Part shown: positions 23,124 to 35,344 of the stretch, piece after piece
Numbering within the stretch: position 1 is the stretch's first letter
Layout of the letters: each line of letters opens with the position of its first letter
Notes under the pieces: generated by a model
What the model saw: only the letters and a program-made list of their open reading frames with translations
What the model was told of the DNA's origin: nothing
The model's database searches: none
NCBI GenBank assembly: GCA_030704615.1
Contig: CM060731.1
Location: 62,496,001 to 62,560,000 of the forward strand
DNA length: 64,000 nt
From: Takakia lepidozioides
Lineage: Eukaryota; Plantae; Bryophyta
Direction: 5' to 3'
Position numbers and translations under genes: made by a program

Positions 23124-24423
23124 ATCATCATAGTACTCTAATAGGTAGTCACCATAAGGAGGAGCCATTACGCGACGAGCCGCTTGTTTTAAAAAACATC
23201 ATTGACCGAGGTGGTTGTGGAATTTTTAAATTTTAAATAATATATTAAAGAAGAGACAAAGCCTGGAACTTTATTAAGAAATGAGAGGTAAAAAAATTAA
23301 ACCCCACAAAGCCATACTAAAGGCATGATATACAGAAACTCATGTGAGGGCATCGCTGCCTCGAGAACAAACCGCCTATTACGTTGAGGTTGATAGAGAT
23401 TGATTTGAACACATCTTCTTTTTTATCTTTTCAAATATTATAACCTTTGAAATCTAAACCTGGTAATTTTTCGTGTATCTGATTGATTAGGTGTCTCCAA
23501 CAAGTAGTTGAATATTGATGCATGTCACATTTAAAAGATGTGGATCACAAATCAGAACTTCATCCATCAAATTTATTGAGTATATGTGACATTTATACCA
23601 TAAAATATGACCAAATGATATTAATGTTCAGACCAGACTTCCATATCTATCAAGGAAACAAGATACAATAAACTATCTTGTATGCTCATCTTGAATGGAA
23701 CTTTAACGTGTTTGCACTGAAGCTCCATATTGAAATGTAAAATAAACCTCTCTTTCATAAAGTAATTTAAATGTCATTCAATTTTTCTATTTATGCAATA
23801 AAATACTATTGAGGTAGGGGATACTTAAACGTAATGTTTCTTATTCTGATAAAATCATTAAGTGTTAAATAACAACCTCTCTTATCTTTCTATATGAAAA
23901 TTATGGAAAAAAAAACAATTGTTTGCAATAATATTCTTTTTTCTTTTTTCTTTTTTCTCAAACAGGGAGGTGAGGCCCTGGATACCAACTTTATTTGGGG
24001 GAAAAAGTTAAAACCCTGGACTCGCGACTCGCCCACCATAAGGCACACAGATTATTATTTTTATTTTTATAGAAACGGAGTGGTCCTGATTTTTATTTTA
24101 TTTTTTATTTTAAAGAGAAGAGGGCTTAGCCTCAAAGCTTTATTTGAATTATTGAAGGGAAAAAAATTAAAACCCTTTTATGTCCGAAGGCTGTCATAAG
24201 GCTTAACACACGACAGGGCGTGACGGATATCCCGATGAACTTTAACTGTACTGCAGAACCTTCCTGCAGGACCGATTACCGAAACCGATGACTAAAACTA
24301 GTTTCGAGAGAGCAGAAATAACGTGGGACAAGCCCAATGCTTGTAGCCTTGAAGAGGCTCTGGTGCTACTTAGTGCATAGTAGTAAGCATGGGGGACCAA
24401 TCTGTCCATGATGAAGATTTCCT

Positions 24424-27400
24424 TTGCAAAGAACCATTGTAGAGAGCAAAGAAAATCTAAGTGCAGAAGTGGAGAGGAGGGGAGATCTATCTGTAGAGCA
24501 GCTTGGTCCTTTTGCCCGTCTTCACATGCTTCCAGTTGATATCCTTATCGAACTCAGGAGAAGCGGAAGAGGAGGGCCCTGTGGTGTTGCCATTGAGGGG
24601 GGATTTCACCAGGCCAGACACAACCTCCCGCTCCCGTGCATGTGCAGATGACGTCGTTTCTGCCCCAAGTGCCCCTGAAGGGACTGATGAGGGTATGCTG
24701 CCGCTCTGGGTGTTTGACGATGCCTGCATGCACTTTTTCCCAAGCCAGTTTAGCTGCTATGGTAAGATCAAAAAATATGTTTGTGATTGTAGCAGTGGCC
24801 GTGGAATTGACATTGTCCAAGGACCAGGAACATCTAGCTTTCCATAGATGCCATAGAGTGTATCCCCTCAAGGCTTCATAAACTGGACAGTCATTTGCTA
24901 TGGATTTGGTTGTCCTGTCATAGTTGAGAAGTATTGCCACCTGGTTGGAGGGGAACACTTCCCATGAAGTACTATAGAACGAGTCAATAAATGGCCATGA
25001 CAGACGGGGTGCCTGACAATGAGTGAGGCAGTGTTCCAGTGTCTCGATGGTCCCTGATTGACAGCATGAGCAAAGCAGGGCCTCCGGGAAATTGAGAAAT
25101 TGCTCGACCTTGAGCACCCTGTTTGCTACCTGCCAGAGGAAGGCGCTAATTTTTGCGGGCTTAGATTTTTCCAAATGAGTTTCCAGATGTCTCCCCAATT
25201 TTCGTCGTGGAAGTATTCATGCTGCCATCTTGCATTCCATTTGCCTGGAAGGGATTTGGCATTTGCAAGGGCCCTATATGCCTTCTTGGCCGAGTAGGAG
25301 AAGAATCCTAATTTGGTGTCCCCAAATTTCCACTGCCACTCTCCAGGGTCTATTTGCAGATCCTGGAGAGGCATGCCACCAATCCAGGCAAAGGAGGCAG
25401 AGAGAAGCCAAGGAAAAGGGGGTATTCCCACTGGGGCAGAAGGGTTGAAATCTTTGGCAGGGGAGGACCACAGGCAGATTCTTGCCGGCAAGGCATCTAT
25501 GCTGCAGAGACTTTGGGTAGTGTTTGAGAAGAGTGTCAAGAACCCTGAAAAGGTATCTACTTTGAATGCATAGCCAGTTAATATATCATGTTGCACCTCT
25601 GTAATGTACATTATCAAGTAGGGTTTTCCAAAAGCCACAACCCAGTTATGAGGAGAATGCAGGGGCTGACCATTTCGCATGATCAGTTTCCAGGAGTCTA
25701 GGATATTTGTGACAATGGAGTCGATGCCGGATGCCAGCCTTCTTATACCCAGGGCCGCTTGAAGGGATTCAGTGGAGCTTTCCCATAGGTGGGCAATCTG
25801 AGAGTATCCTCTGGTTTCCCACTTTGCCCACCTCTTGGCCTGAGTGCGCTGCAAGGGGGATGGAGTAGCCTCATTGAGAAAGAGGTGTTGCCTCATTGTC
25901 TCTTGGAAAGATGTAGGTTCTGATTTGAGTAGGAAGGGTCTAAATTTATTCCATGCTTCCCAGATTGATACCCAAAGGGGTGAACCAATGGATTTGTTGT
26001 CTAAACCCTTGAGTTATCCACCTCATAGAGGGTCTCCATTGGGTGTGACTTAGTGGGGAGCTGAGTGAGATAGCCTGTCCGACCAGCAATTTCCACCAAC
26101 CCCCCTCCGGCCCAAGGAACCTTGGTAACCATTTTCCCAAGAGTGCCAGGATTTGAGTTGCTGGATCTAGCACTCCCAGTCCTCCTTTTTTCTTTGGAAG
26201 GCAGATTTGCTTCCATGTGACCTGTGGCCTCTTGTTATGGGTGGTTGATTGGGCACCCCAAATGAAGTTCCGGATGCACTTCTTAACCTCTCCTAGAAAT
26301 TCAGGGTCAGGTTACCAGATGGCTGCGAAATACCAGATCCCTGCCTGGAGGATCTGATTTGCAATGAGAGCCCTACTTGTTATGGTTAGAAAACGTGAGC
26401 CCCAGTATGCCAGCTGTCTTTTAAGAGCTGTCAGCGTAGGGCCCATTCTCTGCTTGTCAGTGAGGTTGATTCCGAAGGTGTGGCCCAAGAGAGTTGTGGG
26501 TTCATCCTCCTTCAGCCAGAACAGTCCAGAGTCATTTCCCCATGTGGGATACCGAGCCTATGGTGGATTTGGATATATCCCCAACCAGAAGGGCTTTGGT
26601 TTTAGACCAATTCACTCTGAAGCCGGAAACTTTGCAAAATTGCCCCAGTGTTTCTTCTGCAGCCTGAAGCGTAGATGGAGTGGCATCCAACAGCAAGCAG
26701 GTGTCGTCAACAAACATTGAGTCCTTTACTTGGATCGAGATTTGTGCCACGGGGTTCAGTATGTTCAACCCTTGAATGGACAAATTTCTATCAAACAGGT
26801 AACCCAGGGCGTCTGCTACGAAGAGGAACAGGAATGGTGCAAGTGGACAACCTTGTCTCACTGATCGGTGAAGCTGAAAGGGCTTGGAGAGATGACCGTT
26901 AACTGTTACCCTGCTGGTTGAGTGTTGCAGTAGGATCATGACCCAATTACGGAAGGTCTGGGGCATCCCCACCTTAGCCAGAATGTCAAGAAGAAAGCCC
27001 CAATCTACTTTATCGAATGCCTTTTCAAAATCCAATAACCAGAGTGCCAGAGCCTGTCCTGATGCCATTGCAAAGTAAGCTGCTTCATGAGCTAGCAGTA
27101 CATTATCTAGGATGTATCTCCCCTTAATGAAACCCGTCTGACCCGTTCTAATCAGTGCGGGAAGGAGAGGCTGCAGACGGAGTGCCAGAGCCTTAGCTAT
27201 TATTTTGTAGGTCACATTCAAAAGAGTGATTGGTCTATAGTTGTTAATGTCTGCGCTGTCTCCCTTTTTGAACAACAGAGTTATTACCCCTTGGGCCATA
27301 GGGGAAGGCATGATCCCGTCGGATTTAATCCTATTGGCCATAGAGCAGAAGTCCTGGGAAATGTGAGGTCACATTGCCTTGTAGAACTCCACTGGCATGC

Positions 27401-28860
27401 CGCCAATGCCCGGGGCCTTTTTGTTATTTATTTTGTCTAGGGCCTTCCCGAGCTCAAGAAGAGTAAAGTCAGCTTCCAGATCTTGAGACAGGTGAGGCTG
27501 AAGTTTACAGGGCACAGCCGAGAGCACTTCATCCAAATAATCACGATGATGGGGTTCCTTCGGATCCGCTTGGAAGAGTTTGGCAAAGTGATTGAACGAT
27601 GTCTCACTCATATCTTAGGGTCGGAGGATTTAGTGCCCTGGTGAACCCTCTAGAGAGATCTTTTAAGTTTGACCTTCTCGAAGAAGTATTTAGACATCTT
27701 TTCTCCTTTTGCTAACCAGTTGATGCCCGCTTGCATACGCATTTTTTGCTCTTGCTTGAGCTGGAACATGTCAAGGTTTTGGCGGGCTTCCAGGTAGGTT
27801 TGGAAGGTATGGTCATCGCATGTGTTGTTTTCTATTTGTTTCTGACTTACATTCAGGCACTTTTTGAGGGCCAGAACGCGTTCCTTTTGGGCAGCTGATA
27901 TATCTCTACTCATGTCCTGACTTGCCTTACATGCTGCTTGAAGCTTGAGGGTAAATTTGATAATAGGGCAAGATATGTCGTTGGCTGTCTGTTTCCATGC
28001 TAGTTCCAGGCCTAACTTGAAAGAGGGGATGAGGAGATGTGAAGTGTTGAGCTTATAGATACCTCTACCTCTCCTACTTTTACAGGGCATGGAGAGAGAG
28101 GCTGAAACAATGGCATGATCGAACCCATGAGCAATGGGTTCTTGCGGGTGACGGCTTGCTCCATTAGAGATTGAGAGTGAGATATATATTCTATCCAATG
28201 TGGCCATGCAGAGGTCCTGGAGGGTGCGGTTGTTTGTCCAAGTGAAGAAAGGGTTATTCCTTCCCGGGGGGCTAGGATTTGAGTCAATTTCCGAAAGGCT
28301 ATGTGATTGGATGAGAGAGAGCCAAGAGACCTCCTCATCAAGGTTAAGATGATGAGATGCCAAACCTCGTCTATCTTGGTTGTTGTCTACCATATTGAAA
28401 TCTCCTGCCAGAATCCTGGAGTGGGCTACTGGTTGCGAGGACATTTTATGGTTGATGAGAGCCCAGAGTTCAGCATGTTCTACGTAGGAGTTCGGAGCGT
28501 AAATGTTAACAAAGCCAAGAGGGTCAGGTTGGCTGGGAAGTTTGAGAGAGCAAAACTGGACTCGACCTGGCTCCCAAACTTCCTCCCTGATGATGAACTG
28601 AAATAAGGAGGGTGCCAGGAGGATGGCAGTACCCCCCCTTGAGCCGACACGGGAAGGTTTCCAGAGGGCAGCAGATGCTGGCCAGAGTTGGTCAGAGAGG
28701 TTAGAGATTTTTGCTGGCAGAGCTTGTGTTCTTGGATGAACACGATAGTCTCCGTTCGTTGGAGAGGTGCCAACCAGGTGCGTAGCTTGATTTTTTTGTG
28801 TTTTCCTGGTCAGAGCCAATCCCCCTAATGTTCCACGAGTGAATACTAACCTGCATCTTG
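24424..28860 (-). pseudogene. LINE ORF2 (endonuclease, reverse transcriptase, zf-RVT), frameshifted
   Basis: SWNIRG, VFIQEH, VNIYAPN, LAGDFN, LDRIY, FDH; NYRPITLLN, LDFEKAFD, VRQGCPLAP, FVDD; CSCCQSGTIETLEHC. Confidence 0.92.
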
Positions 28861-29512
28861 AGGTATAGACAGGCTGAGAGGGAATTTCTCAATTGATGGC
28901 CTGGTGTGAGAGTATTGGAACTTAGTTCTTTTGTCGGAGGGAAGAGGGGATGAGACCCATTTGTAGTTGACAGGTGCTACTGGTGTGGGGTTACTAAGCT
29001 GTATGAACAGGACTTGGGTGAAAGGGTTGAGCGGTTGGTGATGGTGGCAGTCGTTGGGAAGGGTCAAGAAACGAGCCGAGGATATTGAGTCTGTATAGAT
29101 TTTCGTGGGTGCCTCCGTGAGTTGGAGGAAGAACTCGGAAAGGAGGATAAGGCCAAGGGAAGTTGGCGTTTCTGGAGATAGGGTACCAACAGACATTTCT
29201 AAAGCTAAGTCGACGAGATTGACAGGGACCGCTATAGATGGTAAGACTTTGCTTGTTGAGCTGGCATCAGATTTAAGACACACAATTTTACACCTATTTT
29301 GCCAGGTAGAGAAGGGAGAGAACACCAAGAAGGGAATGGGGTGAAGGTAGAGGCTTACATGAAGAAGGGGTGACTGAGTGGGAAGGGGCGTGGGCGAGGG
29401 CAGTGAAAGCACATGCTGGACAGGGTTGCTTCTCAGCTGACGGGTGCTGCGATTCCGAGAGAGGAGATTTGTTAGGCTTGTCGTGGACATGTGTGCGCGA
29501 GCTGGGCTCCAT

Positions 29513-31450
29513 TTACGCTTCTGGAGATAAGGGAGGGTCGGGGCCGATGGGGTTGTAAGAAGGCTGTTGCTGATCCGGGAGCCTTCGAAGCTCGATGGCC
29601 TCGTTCTGTTCACGAACCTCGGCTTCCGGCGTCGCGTGGAGGAGAGTGAATGAAGAATGGATGGTGTCTCTTGCTCGAATGGTTGCCAAGTTGGTGGTGG
29701 GGGGCTGGTCGAAGGGGGGGAGATGAATCCAGAGGCCCTTGCCTTGGGGGTGATTTCCGAGCAGCATTTTTTCCTCGATTAATGCTAGAATTTGGGTTGA
29801 TGGAGTAAGATCCGAAACCAGGCCAGGATACTGTTCAACGTAGGCTCCCCAGGTGATGACTGTGTGGGCCTGCAGTGAATAGTTGGGTGAGTACTTCAGA
29901 ATAATGGACTGAATTCTCTCCCTAAGAGTGGGGATGGGGTCCCCATCGATAGGGCAGGTAGCCATGAAGTATCTCACGTCCGCCGTTGTGATCCAGTGTG
30001 ACTCCAGAGCGATCCCTTGTGGGGCAATGGCAAGGAGTGCTGGTTGTGGTGTCCTTTGAAAAATGAGGGGAGTGATGCATGTTGCCTTTGGTGCAGACCC
30101 ATGTAACAATTGCGAGCAGCTCCTCAGGGCCAAACTTGGAAATGACCGGAGCGTTGCACAGTTCCTAGCAATAACAGGGTTGATTGCAATTGTAGTTTTT
30201 CCTTCCTTTGGTGTAGTCCCTGATGATATCTGCCTTGTGTGGAAGTGTGCCGGGGGTTTGCTAGAGCTAGCCTTCGGGATAGAGTTGTGGGCTTGATCGG
30301 ATCTGGGGCGGGGTGGTGGGGCAACTCCAGCCATTTGTGGATTTGGTGCTAATTCAGTAGCCGCCGCTTCTGCCCTCATGGGGTCCACATGGTCTTTAAG
30401 CCTCTTTCCGGGGGGAGAGGAAGAAGATTGAGGTAGAAAGGAGTCCCAATTTCCTTGGTTGGGAAAGAGAGATCATTGAGTCTTTCTGCTTCTTTGTGGA
30501 CTGCAGCTGCTGGGGCTGCCGCATCAGGGTCTTTTCGATTCGACTGGAATTGTTTTGATTTGAGATTGTGAGCCAGAGCATGTGCCTGAGAGCTGGGGGA
30601 GCCGTGCATGGAGGTTCTCTTGTGCTTAGCTTTTGGGCAGTTGACCCTCAGATGGCCGGTCTGGCCGCAAGTGTAGCAAGCGGAAGATGAAGTGTCTTCA
30701 GTGATTTTTACTGAGAAATAATTACCTTCCCTGTCAATTGGCAGACGAATAAATTCCGGCAGTATTGCATCAGCTGGCATTGAGACCACAATCTTTGCAA
30801 AACCCGTATCATGAATTTTCGATGCAATTGTTACTCCTCTCCACGCTGGATGTTTTTTGAGAGCCTTTGTGCACATCTCTGGATCAAAGATTGAGAGGCA
30901 GCCTAAGAAAACTCCAAAGTGATTGCCTATATCAGGTAGGCAGAAGAGATACTGATCCGGGATATATGGAAGAGCTAGCTAAAATCCTGGGGGCCCATAC
31001 TATCCCGTTACGGTTGCCCAGTGCCGCTGACCAGGGGAAAATATTAACGTTGAATCCCAGGAGGTGTGGGTTCAATGAGAGGGCTCTATCCGCTGCTTCT
31101 TTTGTACCAAGCAGGATGGAATAGAAGCCTTTGCCCCTGGAGTGGCAAAACTGCTGCTTTATGTCCCCTGATCCCCCCAAGTGTTTGATTGCCCATTCTC
31201 TTGCTATATCCCTGTCCACTTTTTTTCCGGGGAAGTGCAGTAGCACTCCCAATCCCAGTATTTCGGTGACCATGTCATTGACGAAATCAAGGTCCACATC
31301 AACCAGTGGATCATTCTCGGACATTGCAAGCTGCAGAGCCGAGGGTGCTTCCGATCGCTCCGGCATGGTGTCTGCTGCCCCTTCCATGATTCCATTGAAG
31401 CTGCTTTCCACACTGTGAGAGTTGCCAATGAACAGGCCCTCCAGCCTCAA
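29513..31450 (-). pseudogene. LINE ORF1 (DUF4283-like region, CCHC knuckle, extra C-terminal region), frameshifted
   Basis: GVLLHFPGK..REWAIKHLGG..GKGFYSILL; CYTCGQTGHLRVNC; collinear with 35662-37342. Confidence 0.8.
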
Positions 31451-32425
31451 TCCTCATTACCTCTGAAGATAGGCATGACCTGGAATCTTTGTGGATCACC
31501 AATCAAGATGTGTTAAGTTTTATTGAAAAGTGCCCCCCCAACAGCAACCCGCAATGCATGCTCATGGCCAAGATCCAGGACTTCTTTGCCAACCATCTAC
31601 CATGCTATCTCATTGCCCCCTCCTCTGTCGTCACCTGGGGGTTGCACTGATGCAGTGGGCGAGTAATTTGGACTGGGAAGTGCGACGAGGAGGGATCGTG
31701 AAGGTGGAGCTGGGGAGGTCGCTCCACTGTCGATGCCAATTTGGTTTGCGCCTGGTGCGCCCCGTTCCCGAAGAGGGTTGTGATTTGCGAGAGACTGGAA
31801 GTCGAGTGTAGTTGTGTTGTCGGCCTTTAGCCGCTCCCATACGGCTACTGCTTGGGTAAGGGTCATGGAGAAGGATGGTGACAATACCAAGTTGACAGGG
31901 ATTAGTACAAGAGGCAGATCTGCAAAAGGCAGATCTTCCAGCAGGCTTTGGGGACAGAAGAGAGATGATGTTGATTGAAGCTAACGGGGAGAGATGCAAG
32001 TCAGTGGTGTATTGAACGACAAGGAGCGTGAGGGAGAGGTGAGGTAGAGGAGACGATGAAAGAGAGGGAACAATGCTGAGGAGGGGTATCAAGAGCGCTT
32101 GAATGGGGTAGAGTTGCCGTAGCTTGCAGAGGTTGTCGGCTGCCTATTAGTGAGAGATGAATGAGGGAGGTTTGGGCCTGTGGGGGAGAGGGAATCCTGA
32201 GTGTACAGCTGCTTGGGCGGCTGGAGTTATGAAGGTGATAATAAGCAAGCTTTGATGAAAGCTTCAGAGGTGGTCGGGGTGGGATGAAGGGAGAAAGTTC
32301 ATCCTCTCTTTGTGGGGCAAGAGAGTGGTGAGACAGAGGCGAACGCATGGAACCTTTCTTCTCACATTCATGCCCTCTTGCAATGTGAACTCTCTCCTTG
32401 CTTCTTGTTGTCCTGACAACATGAA

Positions 32426-32429
<4 letters not shown>

Positions 32430-32466
<37 letters not shown>
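32430..32466. repeat. (CT)n microsatellite
   Basis: About 18 CT units. Confidence 0.9.
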
Positions 32467-32468
<2 letters not shown>

Positions 32469-33315
32469 AACCTTTGCTATGGCTGGTCCTAGATATCTCT
32501 TAAGATAATTAGAAGGACATAACCTAGCCATCCCTAAGATGCAACATTTACCCTGAGCAGTACACTAATTAGGGTTAGTAATAACTCTTAGTGTATAACA
32601 CTTTAAAATAGGGAGATGATGGCAAAGGGAAAATAGAGCCATGTGAAGCTGTCGGACTCGTTACTCTTTAGAGTTTTGAAGCTACATTGACCGTTGTTAC
32701 GGGCAGCCTTGCTTTTATGAGCAGCAAAACTCAGAGCTATGGGATGAATTGGGTCCTGAAGTACAAGGAGCCGAGAGCAGGAAGTATCATTCACTCTTTG
32801 TCTTGCAATTGTCCTCTCCTGCACAAGTGGATACTCGTACCTCAAGGTCCTTACAGGATATGGCACGAATGTAGGTAGTACGTCGTGAGGTGCACTGTGT
32901 TTAGAAGCAGGTTGTGACGTATTGACAAGCATGGATGGCATGAATGAAAGGACGCTGTATGGGACAGGGTTCAGAACCGGGCTGAGACAAAGAGCATTCG
33001 TTTTAGAGTTTTGATATTTCTCTTATCTGAGAAAGGTAGGCGTCTGGGGGCAGTGTATTGAGAGCTTGAGGGATCAAAGATGCAGATTTCTCTTCGAAGA
33101 GACGATGGTGGGAAAGGATCCGTTGGGCTTCTCTCACCTTCACTCTCTCTCTCACCGCGAAACGCGGAGCTACATCGCGCCCCCCGGTCTCTCCCTGATT
33201 TTCTTAAAATCATAATATTGTAGACAAACAACTAAATTTGAATAATACCGATTTTTGACAATAATTGATCATCTAAATTGGTTGCGATCTACATCTACCT
33301 ATGTATCAATGTCTG

Positions 33316-33351
<36 letters not shown>

Positions 33352-35036
33352 ACATTAAATTATCTTGCAAAAAACAATTTAGAAATTAGCTTTAACATGA
33401 AGAGGAGTACAAATGGACAATTCTCCGACTCTCGGACATCAAGTTCTTCTGCGAAAAATGAGTGCCCAGTTGGCAGGTTTCAGGTGTGCATTACCTACTT
33501 TGTTTAGTCATAATATCTAAGATAACATAATGGTAAGTGCAATTGAGCATCAATACATACGACATTAACATTAATGATGGTCAGTTGTGTTTAGCAATCA
33601 ACATTCTAAGCGATCTAGGAGCAACTAACATATATCATGATCAAGATTAATTACTTTGGCAAGATTGTGGAAGATTTGAACAATCACACATTACTACTTC
33701 ATTAACAATCAATCAATATTGATAGCATGCGCCATAGTTGATCTATATCGCTTAAATATGCATCAGGTTTGGTATGCAAAAATTTAACCTTAAGCATGAG
33801 TAGAAAATTCATCAAATTGATTTTTTCCAGAATGTAAACAGAATATAAACAACATAGAATTGTCATTGAATAAATTCTTAAGATCAGATATATTCATTCA
33901 TATGTCATATGTCCAGAATTAAAATTAGAAGCCCCCATTCCCTTCTATTTTCCTTTGCCACCTTTGGATTTAGGCTCTTTGGTTTCCACTTCTTAAATGT
34001 GATTAAATGTACTTGTCTTAGTCTTAGTCCATTCGGCCCTTTCTTATTGGCCGCATAGGCTGTTGTTAATGTCCTTCACATGTTCTGTCCTTCGGAATAT
34101 ATTCTCTCTGTCCTATCCTGGGGTCCATCCTTCACCAAATCTGGTGTATTTGCTTTATTTCCCCTTTGGGGTTTAATTTTCCCCCCTCTATAGTAAAAAT
34201 AAAATTTTGAGGTCCACTGTCCCCTCTTAAAAAACAAATGAATGGTACATGCGAGCCCTGCCCCTCATCATCTCAAAGTAAGGTTTATGTTCCAAATAAT
34301 GGTGTTAGTCTTCCGGTCCTGTCAATTTCGGATCAATCTAAACCATACAATTGAGTCTATAGCCTTGAATCCATCCTAGTCAGTGTTCCAAACTAATTTT
34401 CATGCAAAGAATGCAAAGATTAAATTTGTTGTTATTACCCACATGTCACTCATTCTATAAAATGCCCATGTGTTGGTGTCACTGTGTCATTTACTACTAT
34501 GACCCACTGCTACTGCCTATGCATTTTTTTAAACTTACGCGAACATCAAAATCGATGTATTCCATCCTTCCAGCAACATCAGTCCCGTGAAAAGCTGGTC
34601 CGTGACAAGCGGGGAGAAACCATTGCGTAGTCCCTGCCGGAGGGCACAACCGATAAATTAAAATGAAATCAATATTACTTCCAAAGGAAGGATGAAGATG
34701 TAAAGAAATTGGGGTGTTTATGTTTTTAAATACAATCATCGTATATAGTGGAAACGGTTTATTTGGTTTACCCTAGATTTAGCCTAGGGTTTCAGTACGT
34801 ATGTTATTTTTATGGTTTTTTTTCTTCACTAACTCACAAATGGTGCATTGTTTTGGCACTATTATTATTTCAATAGATAATTAATATCGATTTTTTATCC
34901 AATTAATCTTTCCCTTTTATTTGATTACCAGCTCTACTCATGTAGTAAACATATATTGTGTAAAACATAAGATAGACTGTTAGTACTATTATTTAAACAT
35001 GGTGTGTTATTTAATAATATGTATATGTATGAGTGA

Positions 35037-35067
<31 letters not shown>

Positions 35068-35344
35068 CTGAAGCCGGTGTAACTTCGCCTCACGGCTACT
35101 GCTCCATTTCGGGGGTGGGCCCTATAATACGTATATCATATCCAATATCGACATCACACAAAATAGGCCCATAAGTACAAAACATGTTGCTACAATTACT
35201 CATGAGCAAATAACCTTGCTAATTTTTTAATATAAATATATTCTCTCAATCTATAGAGTTTAATTTAAAATAAAATAAATAGAGTCAAACATAAAAATAC
35301 ATACTACCCACTATTCAAAATAGAAGCACTAATATATTCAAGAA

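Larger units (their letters stand above)
24094..33193 (-). mobile_element. Near full-length L1-clade LINE, disrupted
   Basis: ORF1 with zinc knuckle, APE endonuclease, RT and zf-RVT. 3' AATAAA and A-rich tail at ~24094-24145. Candidate 9-bp TSD CCTGATTTT (24085-24093, 33194-33202); the 5' boundary is tentative. Confidence 0.8.
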
